Source: Candidatus Kaiserbacteria bacterium
GTDB taxonomy: Bacteria; Patescibacteriota; Minisyncoccia; Phycocordibacterales; UBA918
Reading direction: 5' to 3'
NCBI GenBank assembly: GCA_020428815.1
Contig: JAGQMC010000042.1
Location: forward strand, 1 to 57,858
DNA length: 57,858 bases
The notes beneath the pieces are model-generated. The model saw nothing but the letters and a program-made list of their open reading frames with translations. It was not told the origin of the DNA and made no database searches. Numbering within the stretch: the first letter of the stretch is position 1; every line of letters starts with the position of its first letter. The position numbers were made by a program, and so were the translations under genes. Shown in pieces: positions 38,070 to 46,844 of this stretch.

Positions 38070-38444
38070 ATGACAATGTATCAAGGAAATTGGAAGTGTA
38101 GCGCCTGTGGCGGAACCATCACTGAACTACCTTTTCAACCTAGAAGCGAGTCTGGTCTAACTTGTCGTACTTGTTGGAGTCAGAAAAACCAACCAGTAAC
38201 CGCTAACTCTCCGACCGAAGTACCTCCTTACGATATTCCAGAAGAAGCTGGCTTGGCCAGCGAACCAATGGCTGACGATGGATTTGGAGCCGATGCTATA
38301 CCAGTAGCACCTGGCGAGAAGCCTAGGTTTAGTGGTGAATGGGAGTGTGCGGGCTGTGGTACTACCATCACTTCGCTTCCATTCCAACCCCGAGATACTA
38401 GTAATTTAAAATGTCTAGACTGTTTTAAAGCTAGTAAACAGTGA
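38070..38444 (+). CDS. tandem zinc-ribbon protein (two CxxC-x19-20-CxxC modules)
   Basis: WKCSACGGTITELPFQPRSESGLTCRTCW and WECAGCGTTITSLPFQPRDTSNLKCLDCF are separated by an acidic linker. Confidence 0.7.
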   Translation: MTMYQGNWKCSACGGTITELPFQPRSESGLTCRTCWSQKNQPVTANSPTEVPPYDIPEEAGLASEPMADDGFGADAIPVAPGEKPRFSGEWECAGCGTTITSLPFQPRDTSNLKCLDCFKASKQ

Positions 38445-38451
38445 GTCAAAA

Positions 38452-38484
38452 ATGGTCCGGAAGCTTTGCTTCCGGCCCATTTTT
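38452..38484. terminator. bidirectional intrinsic terminator between convergent genes
   Basis: CCGGAAGC(38457-38464)/GCTTCCGG(38468-38475), flanked by A-run and T-run. Confidence 0.85.
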
Positions 38485-38495
38485 ACAAAACCTAC

Positions 38496-39248
38496 CTAAT
38501 CGACAAAATCCAAATATTTGACCGCTACTCCCGATTCGGTCATTTCCCCCTTTACGTATACCTTAGCCGCCTCTGTAAATCGCTCATTTAAACACGGTAG
38601 TGACTCACCAGTTTCGTTGTAACAAGCAGATGATTCGTCGAAGAATAGTGGTACAGCATGACCAGGCTCCCCATCTTGTACAAATATCAGGTGCCAATTT
38701 TCACTATTTAACAATGATGATAAGCTGTCTTTAAGTAAATATCCCTCATAAGAAAAACTAAATTCTCTTTCCGGTAACACATCACCCATTGAGCACTCAA
38801 TTTTATCCAACACCCATTCACCCGCTTTGGCTACTACAGTAACAATCGCCATACCAGCTTCATCTGAGCCTCGAGGCAACACCATCACCTGTCCCTCGGT
38901 ATCATTACTAAAAATTGGTTTAGCCCCAATCCGTGGCGGCACCACTGACTGACACAACACCTTGTCCACAGCAAAATTTTCTTCAGTTTGTCCGGTCGCG
39001 AGCTCAGTTTTTAAATTATCACTTAACAGAGGTGAATTGTGTAAATTAGCAGCGTAAGGATCAGTAGTTGTTGATAGTATCGCCTTAAGCCATGAATTAT
39101 AAAAATCCAGCACAATGTCAATTGGTTCTTCTTCTGGAACAGTTTGTTCATTTACCACTTCAACCTTATCGCCAGATAAAGACCGTACAACCACCACCAG
39201 TATTATTAGCCCTAATGCTAATAACAGAATTTTAAACAAATTTTTCAT
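38496..39248 (-). CDS. hypothetical membrane-anchored secreted protein
   Basis: 250 aa with an N-terminal TM/signal helix. Confidence 0.65.
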   Translation of the reverse strand: MKNLFKILLLALGLIILVVVVRSLSGDKVEVVNEQTVPEEEPIDIVLDFYNSWLKAILSTTTDPYAANLHNSPLLSDNLKTELATGQTEENFAVDKVLCQSVVPPRIGAKPIFSNDTEGQVMVLPRGSDEAGMAIVTVVAKAGEWVLDKIECSMGDVLPEREFSFSYEGYLLKDSLSSLLNSENWHLIFVQDGEPGHAVPLFFDESSACYNETGESLPCLNERFTEAAKVYVKGEMTESGVAVKYLDFVD

Positions 39249-39276
39249 ATTTTTATCCGCTTATTGTACTACTTTT

Positions 39277-39498
39277 TTATAAAAGACCCTCAAAACTAGC
39301 TGTGTAGGAATTTATAAAAGCAGGTATAGCAAAAATGAGCCCAAGGGCGGGTAATACTACCACCGCCAGACTAACCCACATCATGACCAAAAAATATTTA
39401 CGGGTTTTCTCAACAGAATCATAAATAGCATCAATTTTCTCTTCCAATTGCTCAATTTTACTAGTTGTTTCAGTTTCCATTTCTCTAGTATACCGCAC
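39277..39498 (-). CDS. small membrane protein
   Basis: 73 aa, helical N-terminus followed by a TM hairpin. Confidence 0.45.
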   Translation of the reverse strand: MRYTREMETETTSKIEQLEEKIDAIYDSVEKTRKYFLVMMWVSLAVVVLPALGLIFAIPAFINSYTASFEGLL

Positions 39499-39519
39499 TA
39501 TATATAAATCAAATACTTC

Positions 39520-41937
39520 TTATTTGTGGCTAGGTGAAGTTGGTTGAGGATGAACATTTTGCTTATACCAGTCGATAACTTTGTAAGTTAGAACTTTTAT
39601 CTGATCATTGATCAAAAACCATACCGTTGCATACACCCAGACTAAAGCAATTGTAGACAATGAAATAGCTGGCATTAAAATGCCGAAGTAAGCGATGACG
39701 CTACCAATTAGACGAGATGAGAAAGCTGGCAAGAAAAATTTGAGTGATGGGAAAGGTCTTTCCCAGAAGTGACCACGTCCGGCACGAGTCAAATAAAGAG
39801 TTGAGTGACCTGCCACATCAAGTTTTACAAAAAAGATTGTTTGAATTATGGCTATTTCCCAACCAGACACATCAAGATAGTACAACAAAGCAAAGGAGGA
39901 AATGAGCCCAGTCACTCCCAGCACCGAAGCCACAATTAGAGTTTCATTGATATGCCAGCGAACAGGTTTGTCGCTGAGTCGAACGTTGTCGTACGCAATA
40001 GCCAAGACGGGAATATCATTCAATAAAGCTAACATTATGACCATACCGGCCGTTAGTGGCGAAAAGTCAAAAATTAGTACCGTTAAGGCAATAAAAAATA
40101 CAATTCTGATTGTCTCAGAAATACGGAAAGTAGCATAAGACTGCATTCGAGCAAAGGTCTGACGAGCTAAATCAATTGCTTCTTTAATTACTGACAAACC
40201 ATTGTCTAGTAAGACCAAATCGGAAGCCGAACGAGCAGCTGGTGTAGATCCTGAAACTGCAATTCCTACATCAGCTTTTTTCAAGGCTGGCGCATCGTTT
40301 ACCCCATCACCAGTCATGGCCACAATCTGACCGTCAGACTGAAAAGAACTAACAATGTTAAATTTATCGGCTGGAACTACTTCCGCGAATATGTCAGTTG
40401 TTTGTATTAAATTTTTATTATCTTTATCATCCGGCGTTTCATCTACTTTTTCTAACTCAGACCGACTGACTACCACCTGACCAATATTGAGCAATTTGCC
40501 TATATACCGGGCAATGGCTGTATTATCTCCAGTTAGCATCTTCACCACCACCCCTCGTTTCTTTAATTCTTTGATCACTTCACGAGAATCATCTCGTGGC
40601 GGGTCCATCAGCGGGATTAAACCTACTGGATAATTACCGCGCGGCCATTTAATAGCGACTGCTAGAGATCTGAAACCATCAACAGCCAACGCTTCCGTGT
40701 CAGCCATTAATTGGGCACTGTCTGTCTCTGCTGAAAGAGACTGGGCAATAACTTGAGGCGCCCCCATAATAACCCGCACCTCTTCACCAGCATGATCAAA
40801 GACAGCTTCGGTTGTTTTTTTGACTGGATCAAAAGAATAGAACTCTTTAACTGTAAACTTATTAGCCGCTTCTTGGAAACCGTTATCCAAGACATGCTTG
40901 TGGACGGCTCGTTCAATCGATGAACGCTCACCGTCTTCTAGTGCCAGATAAGCGAATACGAATAATTCTTCTTCTGTATGCTGACCATAAACATTGGCAC
41001 CAGAGACTGCTATTTCATTTTTAGTGAGCGTTCCTGTCTTATCAACACACAAATAACTCACCCCTGCCAGTTCTTCAATTACCTGAAAATTTGAAACGAT
41101 TGTATGTCGACGGGCCAACAAATTAGCGCCAATTGCCATAGTCACTGACAATACCGCTGGTAAAGCAACTGGAATTGAAGCAATAGCTAAAACCAAAGCA
41201 AAACGAGCTACGTCAATAATAGGATCACCATTAATTAATAGTAATGATGAGGTAAAAATGACCAAGAGACTGGCGACAATGATTAAAAATTTACCAATCC
41301 TTAAAATTGCCCGCTGGAAATGACTTTCTTCCATTACTTCGGCTTGACCAACTAGTTCAATATTCTTACCCATCGCAGTAGCTACTCCAATTGTGATCAC
41401 CTTGGCATACACTGTACCCTTTTGAATCATTGACCCTGAATAAAGCTGGTCTTTTGCCGTAGCTGTGATTGGTAATGATTCACCGGTAATAGCTGATTGA
41501 TCAACCGTCACCTCATCATGACTGATTATCTCAACATCAGCCGGGACGACCTCCCCAATAGCTAACTTAACCACATCAGCTGGCACTAATTCACGTGCTG
41601 GTATTTCTTGAAGTTTATTATCGCGAATCACCCACGCGGTAGGTGCTAATGTTTTCTTTAAAATTGACAAAGCCTTATGGGCTTTTTGTTCCTGTGACAA
41701 ATCAACTGCCAGATTCACAATTAACAGCACCGCAATGACCACCGCATCTTCCCAACGCTGAACAAAGATCGACAAACCTAACGCGACTTCAATCATCAGT
41801 GGAATTGGGCTGATGATTTTCTTAACAAATCTCCAGTATAGATTCTCTTCAGTCTCAATAATTTCATTGAAGCCTTCAGTTTTTCTGATTTGCTCCACTT
41901 CTGCAGTTGTGAGACCAGATGGTATACGATGCTCCAT
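39520..41937 (-). CDS. P-type ATPase, plasma-membrane H+-ATPase-like (type III)
   Basis: 805 aa. TGES, CVDKTGTLT and MTGDGVNDAPALKKADVGIAV motifs. Confidence 0.9.
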   Translation of the reverse strand: MEHRIPSGLTTAEVEQIRKTEGFNEIIETEENLYWRFVKKIISPIPLMIEVALGLSIFVQRWEDAVVIAVLLIVNLAVDLSQEQKAHKALSILKKTLAPTAWVIRDNKLQEIPARELVPADVVKLAIGEVVPADVEIISHDEVTVDQSAITGESLPITATAKDQLYSGSMIQKGTVYAKVITIGVATAMGKNIELVGQAEVMEESHFQRAILRIGKFLIIVASLLVIFTSSLLLINGDPIIDVARFALVLAIASIPVALPAVLSVTMAIGANLLARRHTIVSNFQVIEELAGVSYLCVDKTGTLTKNEIAVSGANVYGQHTEEELFVFAYLALEDGERSSIERAVHKHVLDNGFQEAANKFTVKEFYSFDPVKKTTEAVFDHAGEEVRVIMGAPQVIAQSLSAETDSAQLMADTEALAVDGFRSLAVAIKWPRGNYPVGLIPLMDPPRDDSREVIKELKKRGVVVKMLTGDNTAIARYIGKLLNIGQVVVSRSELEKVDETPDDKDNKNLIQTTDIFAEVVPADKFNIVSSFQSDGQIVAMTGDGVNDAPALKKADVGIAVSGSTPAARSASDLVLLDNGLSVIKEAIDLARQTFARMQSYATFRISETIRIVFFIALTVLIFDFSPLTAGMVIMLALLNDIPVLAIAYDNVRLSDKPVRWHINETLIVASVLGVTGLISSFALLYYLDVSGWEIAIIQTIFFVKLDVAGHSTLYLTRAGRGHFWERPFPSLKFFLPAFSSRLIGSVIAYFGILMPAISLSTIALVWVYATVWFLINDQIKVLTYKVIDWYKQNVHPQPTSPSHK

Positions 41938-42112
41938 GTCGATATTATGACATAGAGCATCTCTGTATAAATAAATAATATACTCATACTACCTCTAATA
42001 AGACAGGATTTTAAATTGTGAAGTGTTGCTTGCAATTATGTTCTTAATAAGAAAAATATTTGGTATACTAGCTAAACGACAGATCTACCCACTCCTCTCT
42101 TCTTGTTAGGCG

Positions 42113-43162
42113 TTGATCACGTCAAAACTAATGACAACAGTTGTTTATTCTTGGCTGAAGAGCATCTCATATAAAACAGTAATTCTTTCCCTGTTATTTT
42201 TTTCTATTGGTGTACTAACTGGCAAGGTCTTACCATCACCAGAAGCCACCCAAGATGTGACCACTAAACATATGGGGCGTATTAAATACACCAATCCACT
42301 AGTAGACCACCCTGGAATAAACGAATCGAACAAAGAGTATTTGACTAAAAAAAAGCAAATTGAAAAAACTATTCAAGAATATCTAAAAACTAAATCGGCA
42401 CAAACCATATCGGTTTACTACCAAGACTTAGAAACCAATAGATGGTTTAGCATTAACGAAACTGAGCGCTATACACCAGCCAGTCTAATGAAAGTCACTC
42501 TGCTACTCGCCTATTTAAAATTATCAGAAGTAAGACCCGCCCTACTTCAAGAAACAATAGTAAATGAAGGTCAGTACACAGATTTAGCAAACGTACCGCC
42601 AGCTCAAAGACTGGCCGTAAATAAAACCTATACAGTTCAGGAACTTTTATTCAATATGATTGTCCACTCCAATAACGAAGCCCAACATCTGCTCTCGGAT
42701 TATCTCGATGCTCGAGTTACCCCAGAAACCAGATCCAGATTAGTCTATGAAACCATGACTCTCATTCCTGCCTCGTACGAAATTAGCGACCAATACAATT
42801 TAACTGTTGTAGATTATGCTGGTATCTTCCGTATTTTGTATAACGCTACTTATCTATCAGAAAGTTTATCAGAACAAGCTTTAGCCCTACTGGCAGAATC
42901 CTCTTTTGATAGTGGTATCGTAAATGGTCTACCTGAAAATGTTATAACCGCCAACAAATTCGGTTTCAAAGAAAATAAACAGTCCCCCGACAGTATGCAA
43001 TTTCATGATTGCGGTATTGTTTATGCAGAACCAACACCATACATACTTTGTGTGATGACCAAAACCGACGACCCTCTGAAAGCCCAAAAAATTGTCTCGG
43101 AAATATCAAATCAGGTCTATAACCTTGTCTTATCGCCTGAGCAAAAAGAAACCTCATTTTGA
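42113..43162 (+). CDS. class A beta-lactamase-related serine hydrolase (PBP/carboxypeptidase-like), membrane-anchored
   Basis: SxxK (SLMK), SxN (SNN) and KTG-like (KFG) motifs in the canonical order. TTG start in the track; an alternative ATG lies at 42131. Confidence 0.7.
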   Translation: MITSKLMTTVVYSWLKSISYKTVILSLLFFSIGVLTGKVLPSPEATQDVTTKHMGRIKYTNPLVDHPGINESNKEYLTKKKQIEKTIQEYLKTKSAQTISVYYQDLETNRWFSINETERYTPASLMKVTLLLAYLKLSEVRPALLQETIVNEGQYTDLANVPPAQRLAVNKTYTVQELLFNMIVHSNNEAQHLLSDYLDARVTPETRSRLVYETMTLIPASYEISDQYNLTVVDYAGIFRILYNATYLSESLSEQALALLAESSFDSGIVNGLPENVITANKFGFKENKQSPDSMQFHDCGIVYAEPTPYILCVMTKTDDPLKAQKIVSEISNQVYNLVLSPEQKETSF

Positions 43163-43199
43163 ATTTGTACTGGCTGTCTGAAACGAAGTTAGAACTCAA

Positions 43200-43655
43200 T
43201 TACAATGAAAGGCTATTTTCTTCGTAAAACTCTGAGTAAGACTTACCCTGCAACATCGACTCCAGTGCTTCCTTCATAAATGGCACAAATTCGTCCAGTC
43301 GTTCTCCAACTGGAATCCACATAACTTCGCTACATTTGTGCGGTTCAGTATTTACTGGCTCTTGGTCGCAGCATTCAATTTTAAAATAGTAATGAGTTCT
43401 ATCGTGCCGACCGTCTACATTTCGATTGTATTGAATATGCACAAACTCAATATCTTCTGCTGACACATCAACACCAACCTCTTCTCTCGCTTCTCTGACC
43501 GCAGCTTCACGTGGAGTCTCATCTGGGTCAATATGTCCTGCTGGCATATTTAAACAATCATCACAAAATCCGGTATTTTGTCGTCGCCCAACAAACCACT
43601 TGCTCTCACATTCAAGCAACAAACATACCGCGGGTATAATTACATGTTTTTCCAT
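43200..43655 (-). CDS. NUDIX hydrolase
   Basis: Canonical Nudix box GHIDPDETPREAAVREAREEVGV. Confidence 0.85.
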   Translation of the reverse strand: MEKHVIIPAVCLLLECESKWFVGRRQNTGFCDDCLNMPAGHIDPDETPREAAVREAREEVGVDVSAEDIEFVHIQYNRNVDGRHDRTHYYFKIECCDQEPVNTEPHKCSEVMWIPVGERLDEFVPFMKEALESMLQGKSYSEFYEENSLSL

Positions 43656-43730
43656 TCAATGAGTATATCAAACCAGAGATTCGAACTGAATCCGCGTTGA
43701 TAAATAAATCTAATTAGCGAGCTGACTGTC

Positions 43731-43749
43731 TGGGACGATGTTTGAACTT
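43731..43749. repeat. direct repeat copy A (TGGGACGATGTTTGAACTT)
   Basis: 18/19 identical to 45285-45303. Lies between the foreign cassette and the NUDIX gene. Confidence 0.6.
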
Positions 43750-43960
43750 TACTTAATAACAGAAAGATAAAGGCCTCATAAATATGCGGGACCTAAAAGT
43801 CCACCAGATATTGTCACCAACTACTATTGTTTCTTTTCTGGACCCATGCACACTACACTTAGTAAAACCGTGGTCGTACTAACTCTGAGATATACATAAG
43901 ATCAAAATGTGCTGCCCAAGCCGTAACCTAGACATGACACACATTTCAATTTGATTATAC

Positions 43961-43997
43961 AAAAAAAATCCCTCGGGCGCGCGAAGCGTCCGAGGGA
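43961..43997 (-). terminator. strong intrinsic terminator after the high-GC gene
   Basis: TCCCTCGG(43969-43976)/CCGAGGGA(43990-43997). On the minus strand it is followed by T8. Confidence 0.9.
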
Positions 43998-44022
43998 CAA
44001 AGGTTCAAAGGGCTGAAAGAGC

Positions 44023-44649
44023 TCAGGCCTGAGTGGCAGTTGCCGAGAATGCCCGATCGCCAGGATCGCCAGCACGCCACCGATAGCCACCGGGGCGATA
44101 GGCGCTGCAGCCCCACCACCGGTAGTCGGCGCTCCAGTCGACGCTGACAGCGAAGACTTCACCGTTCACCTTCACGTAGAAGATGTTGGCGTAGCCATTG
44201 TTGAGGAGCGTGCCTTCCTTGCCACCCCACTGACCCTCGATGAGAGTCGCGAGGTGAGCGAGAAACGTATCGACGTCCTCGAAGACGTAGCCTTCGGGGA
44301 GTTCGCTACCGATCTCGGCGTCGTTGGCGGATTGAGCCAAGTCAGCGTAGCCGACGACCATTTCATTCACCGACACCTTCTTCTTCGATAACCCAGAAAG
44401 GATGTAGTCGTTGAAGTTGTTCGACGTCCACAAACCTTCACGGGTCTGGAAGAAGTCGTGCGGATTGACGGTGTTGCTGGCGACGCCGAGCGAGGTCAGG
44501 CTGGTGAGGCGAGTTTCTGCCGGAACGAGTCCAGACAGAAGTTTCTTGAGGGCCTTGGGATTGTCAATCCAGCCCTGCATCACCTCCGGAGACATGTTCG
44601 GTGTATTTTCGAACATGCGTGCCCAAAATTTCATCTCTTGCTTGTTCAT
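44023..44649 (-). CDS. hypothetical protein, compositionally foreign (high-GC)
   Basis: 208-aa ORF with AAGGAG 7 nt upstream of the ATG. 40/60 G+C in 44041-44100 versus 20/60 in 43741-43800. Long ORFs in several frames are typical of high-GC DNA. Confidence 0.75.
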   Translation of the reverse strand: MNKQEMKFWARMFENTPNMSPEVMQGWIDNPKALKKLLSGLVPAETRLTSLTSLGVASNTVNPHDFFQTREGLWTSNNFNDYILSGLSKKKVSVNEMVVGYADLAQSANDAEIGSELPEGYVFEDVDTFLAHLATLIEGQWGGKEGTLLNNGYANIFYVKVNGEVFAVSVDWSADYRWWGCSAYRPGGYRWRAGDPGDRAFSATATQA

Positions 44650-44704
44650 GACGGTTTCTCCTTACGGTTTTCGTCATTCGCTAGCGGGCTCCCAAAATCT
44701 TAGG

Positions 44705-44756
44705 TTTACCATAGCTTAAAATCAACAAACTTTTACTGACTTGAAGCTATGGTAAA
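44705..44756. promoter_or_regulatory. perfect 13-bp inverted repeat (TTTACCATAGCTT / AAGCTATGGTAAA), 26-nt spacer, in the leader of the high-GC gene
   Basis: Arms at 44705-44717 and 44744-44756, downstream of the predicted promoter. Confidence 0.55.
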
Positions 44757-44776
44757 TATGAAAAGAACTTATATAC

Positions 44777-44805
44777 ATAATAACACGATTTAAGTTAAAA
44801 GTCAA
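44777..44805 (-). promoter_or_regulatory. candidate promoter (TTGACT-17 nt-TATTAT) for the high-GC gene
   Basis: On the minus strand, -35 lies at 44800-44805 and -10 at 44777-44782. Confidence 0.5.
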
Positions 44806-44846
44806 TGCTAGCTGTTTGGGGCCACGTTAGAACTTTTTTGATAATA

Positions 44847-44886
44847 TAAAAAGTCTCGTTGCTAAGACTTCTCCCAGCAACGAGAC
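44847..44886 (-). terminator. intrinsic terminator after the small membrane protein gene
   Basis: GTCTCGTTGCT(44853-44863)/AGCAACGAGAC(44876-44886). On the minus strand it is followed by TTTTT. Confidence 0.85.
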
Positions 44887-44890
44887 GTGA

Positions 44891-45196
44891 TTACTTGGGA
44901 ATAACCCAAGAAAGTATATACTCGCGGAATGTCGGATCGGCAGCCATTTCACCCATCACCGCACCAATCAGGTAACACAGAGACAACATGATGAAAGTTG
45001 TTGCTACCGGATGAGAAACTGGCTGCCCGGTAGTTGCAGCACTGATGATATCGAAAATATTCAGATAACTCAGTACGCTCAGGCTGACGATGGCAATAGC
45101 GACCACCGCCATCAAACCTGAAAGGAATCCCGGAGCATTCATTTGTACGACATACCTCAAGAACAGCAGTGCGAACGCTTTAAACAAATTAGCCAT
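44891..45196 (-). CDS. small 3-TM membrane protein (101 aa)
   Basis: Start trimmed to MANLFKAF, which is preceded by GAGGAAG. Hydrophobic throughout, with visibly higher G+C than neighbouring host genes. Confidence 0.65.
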   Translation of the reverse strand: MANLFKAFALLFLRYVVQMNAPGFLSGLMAVVAIAIVSLSVLSYLNIFDIISAATTGQPVSHPVATTFIMLSLCYLIGAVMGEMAADPTFREYILSWVIPK

Positions 45197-45284
45197 GCTT
45201 CCATCTTCCTCGCTATGTTTTGGTTGAACAAACTTACTAACGTAAAATAGCACATTAAGTGACATTTGTCATGTCTTGCTGGTT

Positions 45285-45303
45285 TGGGACGATGTTGGAA
45301 CTT
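45285..45303. repeat. direct repeat copy B (TGGGACGATGTTGGAACTT)
   Basis: 18/19 identical to 43731-43749. Abuts and overlaps the stop codon of the HIT gene. Confidence 0.6.
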
Positions 45304-45721
45304 ATCTCAACAATTCAATTAACGTCATAACCTCTTCTTGAGGTAAAGGTTTAAATATTTCTCGGTCATGAATATGGCTTTTTAGATATAGTTCATCCTC
45401 GTACTCACGTGGTTGTAAGTGGATATGCACATGATCAACTTTGAGGTCGTTTTCTTGAATAAAAGGTCGATTGTGTTGTTTCAGGTCGCACCCAGAAGCT
45501 ACGCTTTTCAAAATTTTTTCTTGATATTCAATTGCTGTATCAAATAACTCTTGTTTTTCTTCTACAGTGAGTTCACTCAAGTTTAGTACATGTCGTTTGG
45601 GAATGATGAGCAAATGACCGGGCATTAGTCGCGGGTTGCTAAATATTACCGTACAAGTTTCTCTAACCTCTAAGACTCGCTGTTTTTCTTTTTTCTCTAA
45701 ATCACAAAATCTGCAGTTCAT
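45302..45721 (-). CDS. HIT (histidine triad) family nucleotide hydrolase/transferase
   Basis: 139 aa, N-terminal CxxC and the HVHIHL histidine triad. Confidence 0.85.
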   Translation of the reverse strand: MNCRFCDLEKKEKQRVLEVRETCTVIFSNPRLMPGHLLIIPKRHVLNLSELTVEEKQELFDTAIEYQEKILKSVASGCDLKQHNRPFIQENDLKVDHVHIHLQPREYEDELYLKSHIHDREIFKPLPQEEVMTLIELLR

Positions 45722-46033
45722 GAAAAGAGTATATCAAAGTTCTAAAGTCCGCTGGAATGTATGCCCGACAGATATGCGAAGCATGCAGCTTCAGTACAAG
45801 TTGTCGATATTTTTACTCCTTTCAATCGCAAAATACCTGACAAACCCTCTGAAACAATCTACCATATGTTTCAGCCCCAGTTTTTGGTGCTAGGTAAAAC
45901 AGCCTGGGTGAGGAGTGACTAAATGTCACTTTGCAAGACCTTTTGAGAAATTTTGAGTTTATGAGAAATTTCCAAAAGATGTACAGATTCTGTAAGAAGA
46001 CTGTTTTACGGACGTCTTGTTTTGTGTTCAAAG

Positions 46034-46104
46034 CTGCCAGACTAGGATTCGAACCTAGGTGACGAGTGCCAGAAACTCGCATCCTACCACTAGATGATCT
46101 GGCA
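46034..46104 (-). tRNA. tRNA-Gln (anticodon CUG)
   Basis: Acceptor TGCCAGA/TCTGGCA (U1-A72), D stem ATCT/GGAT, anticodon stem CGAGT/ACTCG with loop TTCTGGC, T arm CTAGG-TTCGAAT-CCTAG, discriminator G. Confidence 0.92.
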
Positions 46105-46221
46105 GCTTTGAAAGCAAAACGCTTATCCACTAGACGTGTCCGGCAAGGTAATCGGTGCGATTGCGCTAGCTTTCGCACCAGTCGCACTATACTGCCAGAA
46201 TCTATGAAAGATTCAAGTGAG

Positions 46222-46842
46222 TTAATTCTGTAAATTAACAGACCAAGCACACTGACCTGAGTTAGTTTCTGGATTATAAGTCACTGCTTTTATTTGTGTA
46301 TTTGGCATAGTTAATAAATTGAAGAAAGTCTTTGTAGCTTGAAATACATTCAACTTCTTTGTCTGACACATGTGTGCTACGAAAAAATTAATAAAGACTG
46401 AATGTGACACGATAACTAATTTAGCATCGGGCGGTAAGCTGGCCACTTTTTCTTTTACTATCTCAATTCTTTTAAGTAAGTCTGCGTAAGACTCACCATC
46501 AGTAGACTCTTTGCCCTCTCTTCCGAGAAACCATTTAAAATAAAAAATAAATGAGCCGATACTAAAGTGATAATTCCCATACAATTTGTCTGGTCGTTTG
46601 AGCTCGTTTAAGTAAGAAAATGTATCAGGCACTAAGTCACACTCCTTCCCAATTACTTTAGCGGTATCTAGTGCTCGTACCAGAGAACTGGTCATTAGAT
46701 GAGTTGGTTTTAAAGCCTTAATCAGCAAAGCGGCCTTTCGCACTTCCTCTTCTCCTTTAAAGGTCAGTGGGCTATGTTCAGCTTGGTGACGCCGAGCAAC
46801 ATTACCATTCGTTTCGCCGTGTCTAATAAAGTAAATTTCCAT
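46222..46842 (-). CDS. histidine phosphatase (phosphoglycerate mutase-like) family protein
   Basis: N-terminal IRHGETNGN catalytic motif. 206 aa. Confidence 0.8.
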   Translation of the reverse strand: MEIYFIRHGETNGNVARRHQAEHSPLTFKGEEEVRKAALLIKALKPTHLMTSSLVRALDTAKVIGKECDLVPDTFSYLNELKRPDKLYGNYHFSIGSFIFYFKWFLGREGKESTDGESYADLLKRIEIVKEKVASLPPDAKLVIVSHSVFINFFVAHMCQTKKLNVFQATKTFFNLLTMPNTQIKAVTYNPETNSGQCAWSVNLQN

Positions 46843-46844
46843 CT

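Noticed and set aside
43660-43700. GATTCGAAC tRNA T-loop-like fragment near repeat A, considered as a tRNA-derived att remnant matching tRNA-Gln
   Set aside because: Only the 8-9-mer matches. The flanking bases cannot form a T stem or an acceptor stem, and alignment to tRNA-Gln is poor. A match of that length is expected by chance in 58 kb.
43902-44719. Four extra ORFs (43902..44162, 44172..44366, 44411..44719, 44458..44703) overlapping the 208-aa gene
   Set aside because: They are alternative-frame or antisense ORFs, as expected by chance in a high-GC segment. Only 44023..44649 has an SD (AAGGAG), a promoter and a terminator.
46107-46221. GC-rich stretch with GGTGCGA...TCGCACC hairpin upstream of tRNA-Gln, tested as a second tRNA
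   Set aside because: No T-loop, no acceptable acceptor or D stems, and no T-run for a terminator. It is probably just promoter or leader sequence of the tRNA, so it is not called.
45822-46250. 142-aa minus-strand ORF
   Set aside because: It completely overlaps tRNA-Gln (46034-46104) and AT-rich intergenic sequence, with an R/S/L-rich low-complexity translation. Spurious.
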